From contig JAZOLJ010000008.1 of NCBI GenBank assembly GCA_045652845.1, positions 1 to 60,522 of the forward strand: a stretch of DNA of 60,522 nucleotides, in the 5' to 3' direction. The number at the start of each line of letters is the position of its first letter. Within the stretch, counting starts at the first letter, position 1. The position numbers and the translations under genes are program-made. Under the pieces are notes generated by a model that was not told the origin of the DNA, searched no databases, and saw only the letters and a list, made by a program, of their open reading frames with translations. Positions 1 through 8,893 of this stretch are shown here, piece by piece. Source of the DNA: Eubacteriales bacterium. GTDB lineage: Bacteria > Bacillota > Clostridia > Oscillospirales > CAG-272.

Positions 1-210
1 GATGGCACGCGCCTTGGCTACGGCGGCGGATTTTACGACCGTTTTTTAGCCCGTTTTGCGGGTAAATTGTTATTTCCCCTTTATGCGCAGCTTGTGTTTG
101 ACACACTGCCGCATGAGGCACACGATTTTTTGATCGACCCCACACGCATTATCACACAGAAAGGAGCGATAACGGATGCCAAGCTGGATCCCCGAGCGAC
201 CGACCTATAA
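1..210 (+). CDS. 5-formyltetrahydrofolate cyclo-ligase, C-terminal fragment (5' end outside window)
   Basis: Frame +1 is open from base 1 to TAA at 208-210. It reads DGTRLGYGGGFYDRFL...PHEAHDFLIDP, and the GYGxGxYDR block is the MTHFS/5-FCL signature. It is absent from the ORF track because there is no start codon in the window. Confidence 0.75.
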   Translation, partial: DGTRLGYGGGFYDRFLARFAGKLLFPLYAQLVFDTLPHEAHDFLIDPTRIITQKGAITDAKLDPRATDL

Positions 211-1102
211 AAAAGAGCACCGCACGGTCGGCTTTATGGTGCTTGCCGCGTTCCTGTTGCTGTTTTTGTGCCGTTTTCTCGCACCGTATCTGCCGATACC
301 CGATCTTCCGTTTCTTCTGCCATTGCTTCTTATAGGCGTTGCGCTGCTGCTTCCCGCGCTTGCTTATATCCTGTTTCGCGGCAGCGGTTACACAAAAGCA
401 CTGCGCCTGGTATTGCCGCGCGGCACGCACACACCGCTGCTGATCGCCGCATTCCTTGCTCTGTTTTCGGGCACGCTGCTGCTTTCGATTTTATGCGGCG
501 GCACCGAAACGCTTGGCAACTGTGTGGCGGCGTTTGACACCGCACACCCCAAAACGGTGTGGGAAATGCTTTTATTTTTGCTTGTCACCGCCGTGCTGCC
601 CGCCGTGCTTGAGGAGCTCTTTTTCCGCGGCATTGTAGTGGTAGAATACGAGCGACGGGGGGCTGCGCGTGCCATATTGATGAGCACCCTGTTTTTTGCC
701 CTTCTCCGCTTTGATCCTTCTAACCTGCTTGCCTATCTTTTTGCGGGTGCGCTACTCACGCTCGTGCTCTACGTCACCAACTCCCTTTTCGCCACGGTGA
801 TCCTGCACGTGCTCTACAATCTTTGTGCCGCACTCACCCAGCATTATCTCAATACACTTTACTATTTTACCGGCACGGTACAGCTTTTTCTGTTCGTTTT
901 CATCTTGATACTGCTCGTATCGCTGATCCTGTTTTGCCGTGCCTCGGCGCGCGTTTATCGCGCACGTGACGAGCAAGGCATTGGCGACCCGCGTCGCGCA
1001 GTACCCTACAACGTACAGTTTTATACCGTGCTGGATGCCATCAGCGACCCCGCGATTATTCTTTGTGTTGGCATTGCCATTGCGGGATTTATTGTCCTGT
1101 AA
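176..1102 (+). CDS. CPBP family intramembrane glutamic endopeptidase (CAAX-protease-like)
   Basis: 308-aa polytopic membrane protein with EELFFRG and HVLYN motifs typical of the CPBP family. AAAGGAG lies 7 nt upstream of ATG 176. It overlaps the end of the upstream gene by 35 nt. Confidence 0.8.
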   Translation: MPSWIPERPTYKKEHRTVGFMVLAAFLLLFLCRFLAPYLPIPDLPFLLPLLLIGVALLLPALAYILFRGSGYTKALRLVLPRGTHTPLLIAAFLALFSGTLLLSILCGGTETLGNCVAAFDTAHPKTVWEMLLFLLVTAVLPAVLEELFFRGIVVVEYERRGAARAILMSTLFFALLRFDPSNLLAYLFAGALLTLVLYVTNSLFATVILHVLYNLCAALTQHYLNTLYYFTGTVQLFLFVFILILLVSLILFCRASARVYRARDEQGIGDPRRAVPYNVQFYTVLDAISDPAIILCVGIAIAGFIVL

Positions 1103-1140
1103 CAGCATTTACTCTTGCAATGGGATTAAAAATCACAAAA

Positions 1141-1180
1141 GAACAGCCGCCCAAACGGGCGGCTGTTCTTTGGATTTTTT
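1141..1180. terminator. Bidirectional rho-independent terminator between convergent CPBP and spoIIR genes
   Basis: Perfect 12-bp stem gaacagccgccc/gggcggctgttc with loop aaac (1141-1168). It is followed by a T-run on the + strand and preceded by an A-run. Confidence 0.75.
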
Positions 1181-1256
1181 GATTTTTCGCACAGTCTGGC
1201 AGTAAGCGGAAGCCGCGAAATACGCGATAAAACACCGCAACGTCGCGCCAACGCAT

Positions 1257-1868
1257 TTAACCAAACAGCTCCTGCGCCACCTCAAGAATTTTGAAGCGCA
1301 GCTTATATTTGGCGTTGTTGCTGTCGGTGATGATGCGGTACTGCTCCTCAGTAAGGCCCGCCGCGAGAAAAATCTCCTCCGCCTCCCCTTTTGTGGTAGC
1401 TGCGGAAAGGCAAAGCGGTGGAAAAAGCACACACCACCAGTTTTGCCCCGCAGCCTCACCGATCATCACGCGCAGCGAGAGATACTCCCCTGCGGGAAAG
1501 GCAAGCGTTTCATAAGCGCGGGTGGGGTATTCCTCCGCGCCAAGCGACACGGCAACCGCATCACCGCTACCGTTTTTGCGCACGGTAGCCTCGGCTGCCG
1601 CGCGGATCGTTTCAAGATTTAGAGAAAGGATCCTTTCTGCCTCATCGCGCGTTTTTGCATCCTTTAATAGCGTTGCAGTAGTCGCCAAAACGGCATCACG
1701 CACCAAAAGCTTTCGTGCCTGATCCTCGGCACTGTCGGAATTGGCAAGCACGTGCAGGCGTATCACGCTATCGTAAACCGCCGCCTCGCCATGGATCGGC
1801 AAAACAGCAAACGCGGCGATCAGCAAGGACGCCGCCAGCAAAAAACCAAGCATTCTTTTTGTCGTCAT
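1257..1868 (-). CDS. spoIIR: Stage II sporulation protein R
   Basis: 203 aa with an N-terminal signal/anchor. The blocks IRLHVLANSDSAEDQ..K..VRD and NWWCVLFPPLC are characteristic of SpoIIR. Confidence 0.85.
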   Translation of the reverse strand: MTTKRMLGFLLAASLLIAAFAVLPIHGEAAVYDSVIRLHVLANSDSAEDQARKLLVRDAVLATTATLLKDAKTRDEAERILSLNLETIRAAAEATVRKNGSGDAVAVSLGAEEYPTRAYETLAFPAGEYLSLRVMIGEAAGQNWWCVLFPPLCLSAATTKGEAEEIFLAAGLTEEQYRIITDSNNAKYKLRFKILEVAQELFG

Positions 1869-1964
1869 AGTTGAGCTCCTTTTCGTTGTTACGACAAGGA
1901 TGCCCCAAAAATGCCGCCGTTATACAGGATTTGGAAAAAATTTCCCTGTTTGGCTTTAACTACA

Positions 1965-2004
1965 AAAGCCGTGCAAATGTGGCTTCATCTGCACGGCTTG
2001 TTTT
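1965..2004. terminator. Terminator downstream of the ThyX-like gene
   Basis: Hairpin aagccgtgca...tgcacggctt (about 1966-1999) flanked by A/T runs, directly after the stop at 2003. Confidence 0.55.
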
Positions 2005-2629
2005 ATTGTTCTTTTACGGCGATCAAGTCTTTGGCATACGGCAAGGACATGATCCAGTCACAAAGGGTGTGCCACTCGGCAAGCTTGTGCGAGCGACGCG
2101 CGTAATAAACATTGATAAGATTTTCATAGTTAAGCGTTACGGTGCGCATTTGATTATAGGAGCTTGGCAGCAGCTGGATCATGTTGTGCCACGCCTGCTT
2201 GTCGGTCTTATCCGACACGAATTTAAGGCGTTCCACCTCAAGGTAGGAGATCAGCGTATCAAGCGCGAGAAGCCCACCCTCGTCAAGCCGATCGTGCGAA
2301 AAATCGTTACGGTCAAACGCCTTGGCGTGGATCTTATGCATGGTGGAGGTGGAGTTTGCCACCGTACCCACCTTATAGGTATCAAATTCCTTCCACCAAT
2401 AAAGCGGGGCAGTAATATCAACCGAAACAAAGATCTGGCGCAAAAACTTGCGGTGATCGCTGCCCGCACGCGCAAGACGGCGAGCAAGATCGATATCATT
2501 TTCGCCAAAGCAGAACACGCCGTTTTCATCATAGGTGCTATCCATGCGCGCCCAGCTGTTCATGGGATTGCGCGCGCCGCGTATGGCGTTTTCAAAATTC
2601 ATCACCGAGGTACGTTCGATCAGGATCAT
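2003..2629 (-). CDS. ThyX-fold (Thy1 family-like) protein lacking the canonical ThyX motif
   Basis: 208 aa. The layout parallels ThyX: AGSDHRKFLRQIFVSVDITAPLYWWKEF matches HGHETPFEH..F.F.V.API.V.RQ..RHR, and ARRSHKLAEWH matches LR.D.HAQWEI. The RHRxxSxxxxSxR signature is replaced by DTYKVGTVANSTSTMH. Its start overlaps the dxs stop (ATGA). Confidence 0.5.
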   Translation of the reverse strand: MILIERTSVMNFENAIRGARNPMNSWARMDSTYDENGVFCFGENDIDLARRLARAGSDHRKFLRQIFVSVDITAPLYWWKEFDTYKVGTVANSTSTMHKIHAKAFDRNDFSHDRLDEGGLLALDTLISYLEVERLKFVSDKTDKQAWHNMIQLLPSSYNQMRTVTLNYENLINVYYARRSHKLAEWHTLCDWIMSLPYAKDLIAVKEQ

Positions 2630-4536
2630 ATGCTATCTCCTTCATTTTCTTTTTTCATTAGGGCATATGCCGCCGCACAAAGGCTGCTTCCATCCACCCC
2701 TGCCGCCTGCCAAACGGTTTCACCCGCTTTCGGCACGGCAAAGCCGTTTTCCGCTGCCAGTATGCCATATTTTTTGTTTCGCAGCGCGCCGCGCGCCCGC
2801 AGTGCCGCCGCAAGATTTTCACCAAAGCCGCCCGCGCGTATCTCCTCCTCATAAAAGAGCAGATGGTCACCGACGAGAAGGGGCACAAGCTCCCCTGCCA
2901 GTGCGTCATAGGGGGCAATATACTCGCAAAGCAGAATGCGTACCGCGATACCGTTTGAGTATAGCTCCTTTGCAGCGCGCAGTGCCTCGGCTACAATGCG
3001 ACCGTGCGTGACGACCGTCAAAGCAGGTGCAGCACCACTCTCCCACGCGCGCACCGTGGGGCGCGCGCCCTCATCTGTGCCCGCAGAATAAAACGCCGCA
3101 AGCACGGCTTTGTCGGGTGAGCCTGCGGGGTAGCGGATCGCCGCAACGCCGCCCGCGGCGAGAGAAGCCTGTAAGGAAGCGGCAATTCCCGCCCCCGTTA
3201 CGGGTGTAAATATGCGCACACCACGCATGGTTGACAGCAGCGAAACGTCGTAAACACCGTGATGCGTCGCGCCGTCACCGCTGTTGAAGCCCGCGCGGTC
3301 AACGGCAAGGATCACGGGGAGGGATTGTAATGCCGCATCGTGCAGCACGTTATCGTATGCGCGCTGCAAAAAGGTAGAATATACCGCCACAACGGGGCGT
3401 TTTCCCCCCGCTGCCATACCTGCGGCAAAGGTGACGGCATGCCCCTCGGCAATGCCAACGTCAAAAAAGCGACGCGGATGGGCGGTACGGAAGGGCTCAA
3501 GCCCTGTGCCATGGCTCATTGCCGCAGTAATGGCGCAAATGCGCTCGTCACCCTTGGCAAGCTCACAAAGAATGTGCCCAAACGTGTCAGAAAACGTGGG
3601 AATATCAGAGGATTTGCCGTTGGGGGGTAGACCGTGGTAAAGATCGGGGCTTGCCTCCGCTTCACTGTCACCCATACCCTTTTTGGTTTTCACGTGCAGG
3701 ATCACGCTTGTGCCAAGCCGCTTTGCATATTCAAGCGAGGCGATCACACCCTCAATGTCGTTGCCGTCTATTGGTCCGCGATAGCGGATGCCCATGTGCT
3801 CAAAGAGATTTTCTTTATAAAACAGGTGCTTCACGCGGCGTTTGGCGCGCCGTAAAGCCCTGTAGATCGGGCGACCGAGCAGGGGCACGTGATGAAGCGT
3901 GCCTGCGGCAACCGATTTGGTCCACAAATACTCCTTTGAGGTGCGTATGTGAGAAAGATGCTCGGAAAGTCGCCCCGTGTTGGGAGATATCGACATTTCA
4001 TTTTCATTGATAACGATCACGAGCCGCAGTCCGCGGCGGCAATTATTTAAGCCCTCGTAGGCAAGGCCGCCCGTCAGTGCCCCGTCGCCCACCACGGCAA
4101 CCGTATAGGCGTCACTCCCCGACAGTGCATCCGCCTGTGCCATACCAATGGCAGCGGAAATTGCGGTAGAGCTATGCCCTGCGCCAAAGGCATCGTGCTC
4201 GCTCTCTGCGCGCTTTGTGAAGCCCGAAATGCCACCGCACTCGCGCAGCGTGTCAAAACGCTCCTTTCTGCCTGTCAGCAGCTTATGCACGTAGCTTTGG
4301 TGGCCCACGTCAAATATTACGTGATCGTGGGGGGTCGAAAATACACGGTGGATCGCCATCGTCAGCTCTACCACACCGAGATTGGAGGCAAGATGTCCAC
4401 CGTTTTCGCGCACGCGATAAGCAAGATATTGGCGTATTTCGGCAGCAAGCGCAGGGAGCTTATCTTCCGGTAACGCTTTGAGGTCTGTGGGGCTGTTGAT
4501 GCCCTGCAGCAGCGTATACTTTTCAAAATTTTCCAC
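2626..4536 (-). CDS. dxs: 1-deoxy-D-xylulose-5-phosphate synthase
   Basis: 636 aa. The N-terminal block GGHLASNLGVVELT.A.H.VF..P.D..IFDVGHQSY.HKLLTGR and the TPP-binding VVGDGALTGG motif are present. GTG start with AAGGAGG upstream. Confidence 0.95.
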   Translation of the reverse strand: MENFEKYTLLQGINSPTDLKALPEDKLPALAAEIRQYLAYRVRENGGHLASNLGVVELTMAIHRVFSTPHDHVIFDVGHQSYVHKLLTGRKERFDTLRECGGISGFTKRAESEHDAFGAGHSSTAISAAIGMAQADALSGSDAYTVAVVGDGALTGGLAYEGLNNCRRGLRLVIVINENEMSISPNTGRLSEHLSHIRTSKEYLWTKSVAAGTLHHVPLLGRPIYRALRRAKRRVKHLFYKENLFEHMGIRYRGPIDGNDIEGVIASLEYAKRLGTSVILHVKTKKGMGDSEAEASPDLYHGLPPNGKSSDIPTFSDTFGHILCELAKGDERICAITAAMSHGTGLEPFRTAHPRRFFDVGIAEGHAVTFAAGMAAGGKRPVVAVYSTFLQRAYDNVLHDAALQSLPVILAVDRAGFNSGDGATHHGVYDVSLLSTMRGVRIFTPVTGAGIAASLQASLAAGGVAAIRYPAGSPDKAVLAAFYSAGTDEGARPTVRAWESGAAPALTVVTHGRIVAEALRAAKELYSNGIAVRILLCEYIAPYDALAGELVPLLVGDHLLFYEEEIRAGGFGENLAAALRARGALRNKKYGILAAENGFAVPKAGETVWQAAGVDGSSLCAAAYALMKKENEGDSI

Positions 4537-4569
4537 AGTGGCACCCCCCTCCTTGATGACTTTTATATC

Positions 4570-4597
4570 AGTATACCATAAAAAAGCCGTTTTGCAA
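4570..4597 (-). promoter_or_regulatory. Candidate SigA-type promoter for dxs
   Basis: On the minus strand: TTGCAA (4597-4592), 16 nt, then TGgTATACT with extended -10 (TATACT = 4575-4570). Confidence 0.5.
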
Positions 4598-4625
4598 AGC
4601 CCCTTTTTTAAAGTTTAAAAATTAC

Positions 4626-4654
4626 TTGACACGGGGCACGTGCTATGCTATAAT
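4626..4654 (+). promoter_or_regulatory. Consensus SigA-type promoter for pnuC
   Basis: TTGACA (4626-4631), exactly 17 nt, TATAAT (4649-4654). Confidence 0.7.
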
Positions 4655-4748
4655 CAAGGCGTAAATAAAGGCTATCCGCACGCAAAGCGTCCGTTTGCGC
4701 ATCATTGGATCTTAAAAGATGCGTTGCGGGGGCTTTTTTTTGGAGGTA

Positions 4749-5453
4749 ATGATGCAAAAGATACACAACCCCTTTGGGGATCTTACCAAATTTGAGCTTG
4801 TGCTGTGGCTCGCTTCACTGCTTGTTTCAACGGCTTCCTTTTTCCTTTCCCCCGCAAAAGACCCACTCACCCTCATTGCCTCGCTTATTGGCTTTACCGC
4901 ACTGATTTTTACAGCAAAGGGCTACGTATTAGGGCAGATCTTAATTCTCTTATTTGCCGCGATCTATGGCATTATCTCATACCGTTTCGCATATTACGGT
5001 GAAATGATCACCTATCTTGGCATGAGCGCGCCCGTGGCGATCGTTGCCATTGCTTCTTGGCTGCGCCACCCCTATAAGGATACCGCACAGGTTACCGTGC
5101 ACCGCATGCGCGGCAAGGAATGGCTGCTGCTTTCCCTCTTGACAGCGGCGGTAACGGTAGTGTTTTATTTCGTGCTGGGTGCGCTCCATACAGCAAATCT
5201 TGTTGTCAGCACCCTTTCGGTGGCAACCAGCTTTTTTGCGGCATCTCTCACGGTCCTGCGCAGCCCCTTTTACGCGCTTGCCTACACCGTAAACGACGTG
5301 GTGCTGATCGCACTTTGGATCGCGGCGACCTTAAAGGATCCTTCAAGCCTGCCGATGGTGATCTGCTTCGTGATGTTTCTCGCAAACGACCTCTACGGGC
5401 TTTACAGCTGGCTCTGTATGCAAAGGCAGCAGGCGGCAAGGAATGCAACATAA
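4749..5453 (+). CDS. pnuC: Nicotinamide riboside/NMN transporter PnuC family
   Basis: About 234-aa polytopic membrane protein. The N-terminus NPFGDLTKFELVLW..., the LIASLIGFTALIFTAKGYVLGQ block and ...YGEMITYL... match the PnuC-type proteins annotated in Clostridia (recollection, not searched). GGAGG lies 4-7 nt upstream of the ATGATG at 4749/4752. The ORF-track start at 4719 has no RBS. Confidence 0.65.
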   Translation: MMQKIHNPFGDLTKFELVLWLASLLVSTASFFLSPAKDPLTLIASLIGFTALIFTAKGYVLGQILILLFAAIYGIISYRFAYYGEMITYLGMSAPVAIVAIASWLRHPYKDTAQVTVHRMRGKEWLLLSLLTAAVTVVFYFVLGALHTANLVVSTLSVATSFFAASLTVLRSPFYALAYTVNDVVLIALWIAATLKDPSSLPMVICFVMFLANDLYGLYSWLCMQRQQAARNAT

Positions 5454-5494
5454 AATGCAGAAATTTGTGTTTTTAGAATAACAGCACAGCTTAT

Positions 5495-5527
5495 GTAAAA
5501 AAGAGCAGCGATCGCTGCTCTTTTTTT
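5495..5527. terminator. Bidirectional terminator between pnuC and the AraC-family gene
   Basis: Perfect palindrome gagcagcgatcgctgctc (5503-5520) flanked by an A-run and a T-run. Confidence 0.8.
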
Positions 5528-6260
5528 ACACACCGTATTTGCGGCGGTGATCGGTAGGCGTATCGCCCACGTGCTTTTTGAAGGTGCTGCTAAAATAATA
5601 TGGGCTTTCAAAGCCGCAAAGTGCGGCAATTTCCGCCACAGGGGTCTTAGTGTAGCAGAGCAGTGCCTCCGCCTTTTTCAGGCGCATTGCGGTCAAATAC
5701 TCCATGGGAGTTAACCCTACGCTCTTTTTGAAATGGTGATTTAAACCCGAGGGGGAAAGGCAGGCAACCTGTGCCACCTCTTTTAGCGTGATCCTTCGCG
5801 AGAGATTTTTTTCAAAAAAGTACTGCACGCGCGCCATAATGCGATCCTTTGCCGTATCCGCTAACAGCCCCTCTATCTCGATTTGGTGAAAGATATCTGC
5901 CAAAAAGCCGTTTTTTAAATGCTCCTCGCCAAACCGATCGCTTAACTGCAGCAAATACTGCAGCGTAGACAAAAGTCGACCCGTGTCACCGATATTAACA
6001 AGACCGATCGGCAGGGCGTGCGTGGCGGGTGCCTCATACCGCACGTAGTAAAAAACAGTGGGGCGCAGGATCTTGCGTTCAAAATACACGGTATCGGGAA
6101 AGCTGACAAGTGCCCCCTCGCCCGCGCGGCAACGCGCGCCCGACATAAAAAATTCAATCTCTCCCGAAAGGATATAAAAAAGTGCGTGCTTGGGTTGATA
6201 CCCTTTTTCGATGGCAAAGCCTTGCAGCTCGATCCGTCTGCAGTCAATCAGCCGTTTCAT
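5526..6260 (-). CDS. AraC family transcriptional regulator (cupin sensor + HTH)
   Basis: 244 aa. The C-terminal AraC-type HTH reads ITLKEVAQVACLSPSGLNHHFKK..GLTPMEYLTAMRLKKAEALL and FESPYYFSSTFKKHVG.TP. It is divergent from the 6371 operon. Confidence 0.85.
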   Translation of the reverse strand: MKRLIDCRRIELQGFAIEKGYQPKHALFYILSGEIEFFMSGARCRAGEGALVSFPDTVYFERKILRPTVFYYVRYEAPATHALPIGLVNIGDTGRLLSTLQYLLQLSDRFGEEHLKNGFLADIFHQIEIEGLLADTAKDRIMARVQYFFEKNLSRRITLKEVAQVACLSPSGLNHHFKKSVGLTPMEYLTAMRLKKAEALLCYTKTPVAEIAALCGFESPYYFSSTFKKHVGDTPTDHRRKYGV

Positions 6261-6370
6261 ACGCCCTCCATTGCAATATTTTATATTTTTATCATAATAT
6301 ATTCCATTTACAATGTCAAGATTTGCGATAAAATTAAAATATAATATATTTTAATATTTTGAGGTGACGT

Positions 6371-7747
6371 ATGAACGAAAGAATTTTTGAAACAGACGTT
6401 TTGGTAGTGGGCGGCGGCCCTGCCGGTGCTTGTGCGGCGATCACTGCCGCGCGACACGGGGCACGCGTGCTGCTTGTTGAGCAAGGTGGCAGCTGCGGCG
6501 GCATGGCAACGGCGGGGCTGGTTGGCCCCTTTATGACCTCCTACGACGCAAAGGGCGAAACGATGATCATTCGCGGCATTTTTGAGGAGATCGTTGACCG
6601 CCTTGTAGCAAGGGGCTTTGCCATTCACCCCTCGGAGGTGATGGGCGGCACCGCCTTTACCTCTTGGATCAAAATCGGGCATGACCACGTAACACCGTTT
6701 GAGAGCGAGGGCTTAAAGCTGGTGCTGGATGAAATGCTGAGCGAGGCAGGCGTAAAAATTCTCTATCACACCACGTTTCTTGAGCCGATCGTGAAGGAAA
6801 GCACGATAACGGGTATCAAAATTGCCTCCAAATCGGGCATTGACACCGTAAACGCCACGGTTGTGATCGACTGCACGGGTGACGGCGACGTTGCCGCCCG
6901 CGCGGGTGTGCCGTTTGAAATGGGCAACGAGGAGCTGGGGCTCATGCAGCCCGCAACCATGTTTTTCCACATCAGCCACGTGGATAGCGACGCGGTGGAG
7001 GCGGATATCCAGGCAAACCTGCACAACTTTTACCGCCGTGACGGTGTGAATTATCGCTCGCTCCATTGGCGCGTGAGCGAAGCGCGCGAGGCAGGAGATT
7101 GGACGCTGAAGCGCGTGAGCATTGGACTGTTTCGCATGCCGAAAAAGGATGAATGGTGCGTAAACACCTCACGCATGATGGGCGTGGACAGCACCGATAA
7201 CGAAAGCCTGACCGCCGCCGAGCTTGAGGGCAGAAGACAGGCTGATGAGATCCTGCGCTTTTTGCGCAAATACGTGCCCGGCTGTGCCGATGCACGCCTC
7301 AAATCCACCGCCTCTCACGTTGGCATTCGCGAAAGCCGCCACATCAAGGGGCAGTACCGCTTGACGGCGGACGATTTGATCAGCTCCAAGGTGCCCGCCG
7401 ACAGCGTATTTATTGCCGCAAACTCGGTTGACGTGCACGGCAGATTTGGCCCCACCAGCAACGAATACACGCCCATTGAGGGGAATTATTACGGCGTGCC
7501 CTACCGCAGCCTTTTGCCCGTTGGCGTTGAGGGCTTGCTCTTGGCGGGGCGCTGTGTGAGCGCCGATTCAACGGCTGCAGGCGCTATTCGCGTGATGCCC
7601 CCCTGCATGGCAATGGGACAAGCGGCAGGCACTGCCGCCGCACTGGCAATCAAAAAGGGTATCACGCCCGCAGCACTTGACGCGGGCGAGCTGATCGCGA
7701 CGCTCAAAAAAGACGGCGTATATTTACCCGAAGAAAAAACCGTATGA
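6371..7747 (+). CDS. FAD-dependent oxidoreductase (FAD_oxidored/PF12831-like)
   Basis: 458 aa. N-terminal dinucleotide-binding fold DVLVVGGGPAGACAAITAARHGARVLLVEQGGSCGGMAT. GAGGTGA RBS. Confidence 0.7.
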   Translation: MNERIFETDVLVVGGGPAGACAAITAARHGARVLLVEQGGSCGGMATAGLVGPFMTSYDAKGETMIIRGIFEEIVDRLVARGFAIHPSEVMGGTAFTSWIKIGHDHVTPFESEGLKLVLDEMLSEAGVKILYHTTFLEPIVKESTITGIKIASKSGIDTVNATVVIDCTGDGDVAARAGVPFEMGNEELGLMQPATMFFHISHVDSDAVEADIQANLHNFYRRDGVNYRSLHWRVSEAREAGDWTLKRVSIGLFRMPKKDEWCVNTSRMMGVDSTDNESLTAAELEGRRQADEILRFLRKYVPGCADARLKSTASHVGIRESRHIKGQYRLTADDLISSKVPADSVFIAANSVDVHGRFGPTSNEYTPIEGNYYGVPYRSLLPVGVEGLLLAGRCVSADSTAAGAIRVMPPCMAMGQAAGTAAALAIKKGITPAALDAGELIATLKKDGVYLPEEKTV

Positions 7748-8748
7748 TCATTACCGTGGATTGCGGCGCAACCAACATGCGCTGCCGCCTGTTTGAGGGC
7801 GACGGTCAAATTGATGAGGTCAAAACTGCCTGTGGCACAAGAAATGCCGCCTTTGCGGGCAGCAATGCGCCGCTTGAGGCGGCTCTTCGCGATATGCTTG
7901 CTGCACTGCTTCAAAGAAACGGCATCAAGAAAGCCGACGTTGAAATGATCGTTTCGGCGGGCACGCTTGCCTCAAGCGCGGGGCTTTATCACGTGCCGCA
8001 TGCACTTGCCCCCATCGGCATTGCCGAAAGTGCCGCCGCCGCACGGGCGGTGGTACTGCCGCAGATCACCGATATTCCCATTTTGTTTATCCCCGGTGTG
8101 CGCACCGCGCCAAAGCCCGATGAGAGCGACCCCATGCGTGCCATAGAGCTATACGACTCAATGGGCGGCGAGGAATGCGAGTGCTACGGTATTGCCACAA
8201 GCCTCGGGCTTGTGGGCGCGTATATGATGGTGATGCCCGGCTCCTATTGCCAGACCTTTACAGTAGATGATAATGCGCGCATCACGTCGGTTTTCACCTG
8301 CATGTGCGGCGATCTCATTGCCGCCATTGCGGAGCACACCTTCTTAAAAAACACCCTTCCCTCTCCCGTGATCCGTGAGATCGACGAAGCACGCCTGATC
8401 GAGGGCTTGGAGTATTGCGCAAAAAACGGCACCTCAAACGCCTTGATAAAATCGCGCATGCTGCACGTGTGGGGCAACCACACCCTTGACGAAGCTGCTA
8501 ATTTTTTGCTTGGTGCTATTTTACATGATACTATCGTGCAAACGGCGGCACGCTGCAGGGCTGCGGGGCTCCCGCTTGTGTTGGGCGGCAGCAACCCCTT
8601 GCGCGAGATCTTTCGCCTCTTGCTCACGCACGCGGGGATAGATAACCTCATTACCGTTGACGATGATACCGCGCGCATTGCCTCCTCCCTCGGGGCGCTT
8701 GCGGTATACCGCCAATGGAAATCGATGCAAGAAGATGCACAACGGTAA
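7744..8748 (+). CDS. 2-dehydro-3-deoxygalactonokinase (DgoK)-like sugar-acid kinase
   Basis: 334 aa. The layout follows DgoK: VDCGATNMRCRLF (DWGTSNLR), MGGEECECYG (MRGEETQ), MPGSYCQTF (LPGTHSKW), FTCMCGDL (F.T.MTGE), FLLGAILHDT (YLSGLLIG). ATGA overlap with the upstream gene. Confidence 0.6.
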   Translation: MIITVDCGATNMRCRLFEGDGQIDEVKTACGTRNAAFAGSNAPLEAALRDMLAALLQRNGIKKADVEMIVSAGTLASSAGLYHVPHALAPIGIAESAAAARAVVLPQITDIPILFIPGVRTAPKPDESDPMRAIELYDSMGGEECECYGIATSLGLVGAYMMVMPGSYCQTFTVDDNARITSVFTCMCGDLIAAIAEHTFLKNTLPSPVIREIDEARLIEGLEYCAKNGTSNALIKSRMLHVWGNHTLDEAANFLLGAILHDTIVQTAARCRAAGLPLVLGGSNPLREIFRLLLTHAGIDNLITVDDDTARIASSLGALAVYRQWKSMQEDAQR

Positions 8749-8756
8749 CAAAATCG

Positions 8757-8824
8757 CCGCGCGACCACCGCGCGGCAGCAAAAAAGAGAGCCTCCCCGTG
8801 GGGAGGCTCTCTTTTTTTGTTGGG
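8757..8824. repeat. Repeat T1: double-hairpin terminator unit, direct imperfect copy of the unit next to tRNA-Leu (T3)
   Basis: ccgcgcg-accac-cgcgcgg cagc aaaaaagagagcctcccc-gt-ggggaggctctc tttttttgttgg. The same order of elements occurs at 12921-12982, and the second hairpin also at 9863-9898. Confidence 0.8.
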
Positions 8825-8846
8825 TAGTGTTGTCTATTTAGATGCA
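8820..8846. repeat. 27-nt direct repeat X27a
   Basis: ttgggtagtgttgtctatttagatgca matches 10212-10238 (ttggctagtgttgtctatttagatgca) at 26 of 27 positions. Confidence 0.85.
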
Positions 8847-8893
8847 CTTGCCAAAACTCAAAGAACCAGTGTTTTCAAGGTTCATCACAAGAG

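Noticed and set aside
1896-1925. Possible forespore (SigF-type) promoter for spoIIR: GTATA, 14-15 nt, GGGGCATCCTT on the minus strand
   Set aside because: Only a partial match to the GGnnAnAnT -10 pattern as I remember it. I cannot score it without a matrix.
4537-4620. TPP riboswitch upstream of dxs (a TPP-dependent enzyme)
   Set aside because: The leader is only about 30 nt after the candidate promoter, and no THI-box-like sequence (CUGAGA...ACCUGA) is present.
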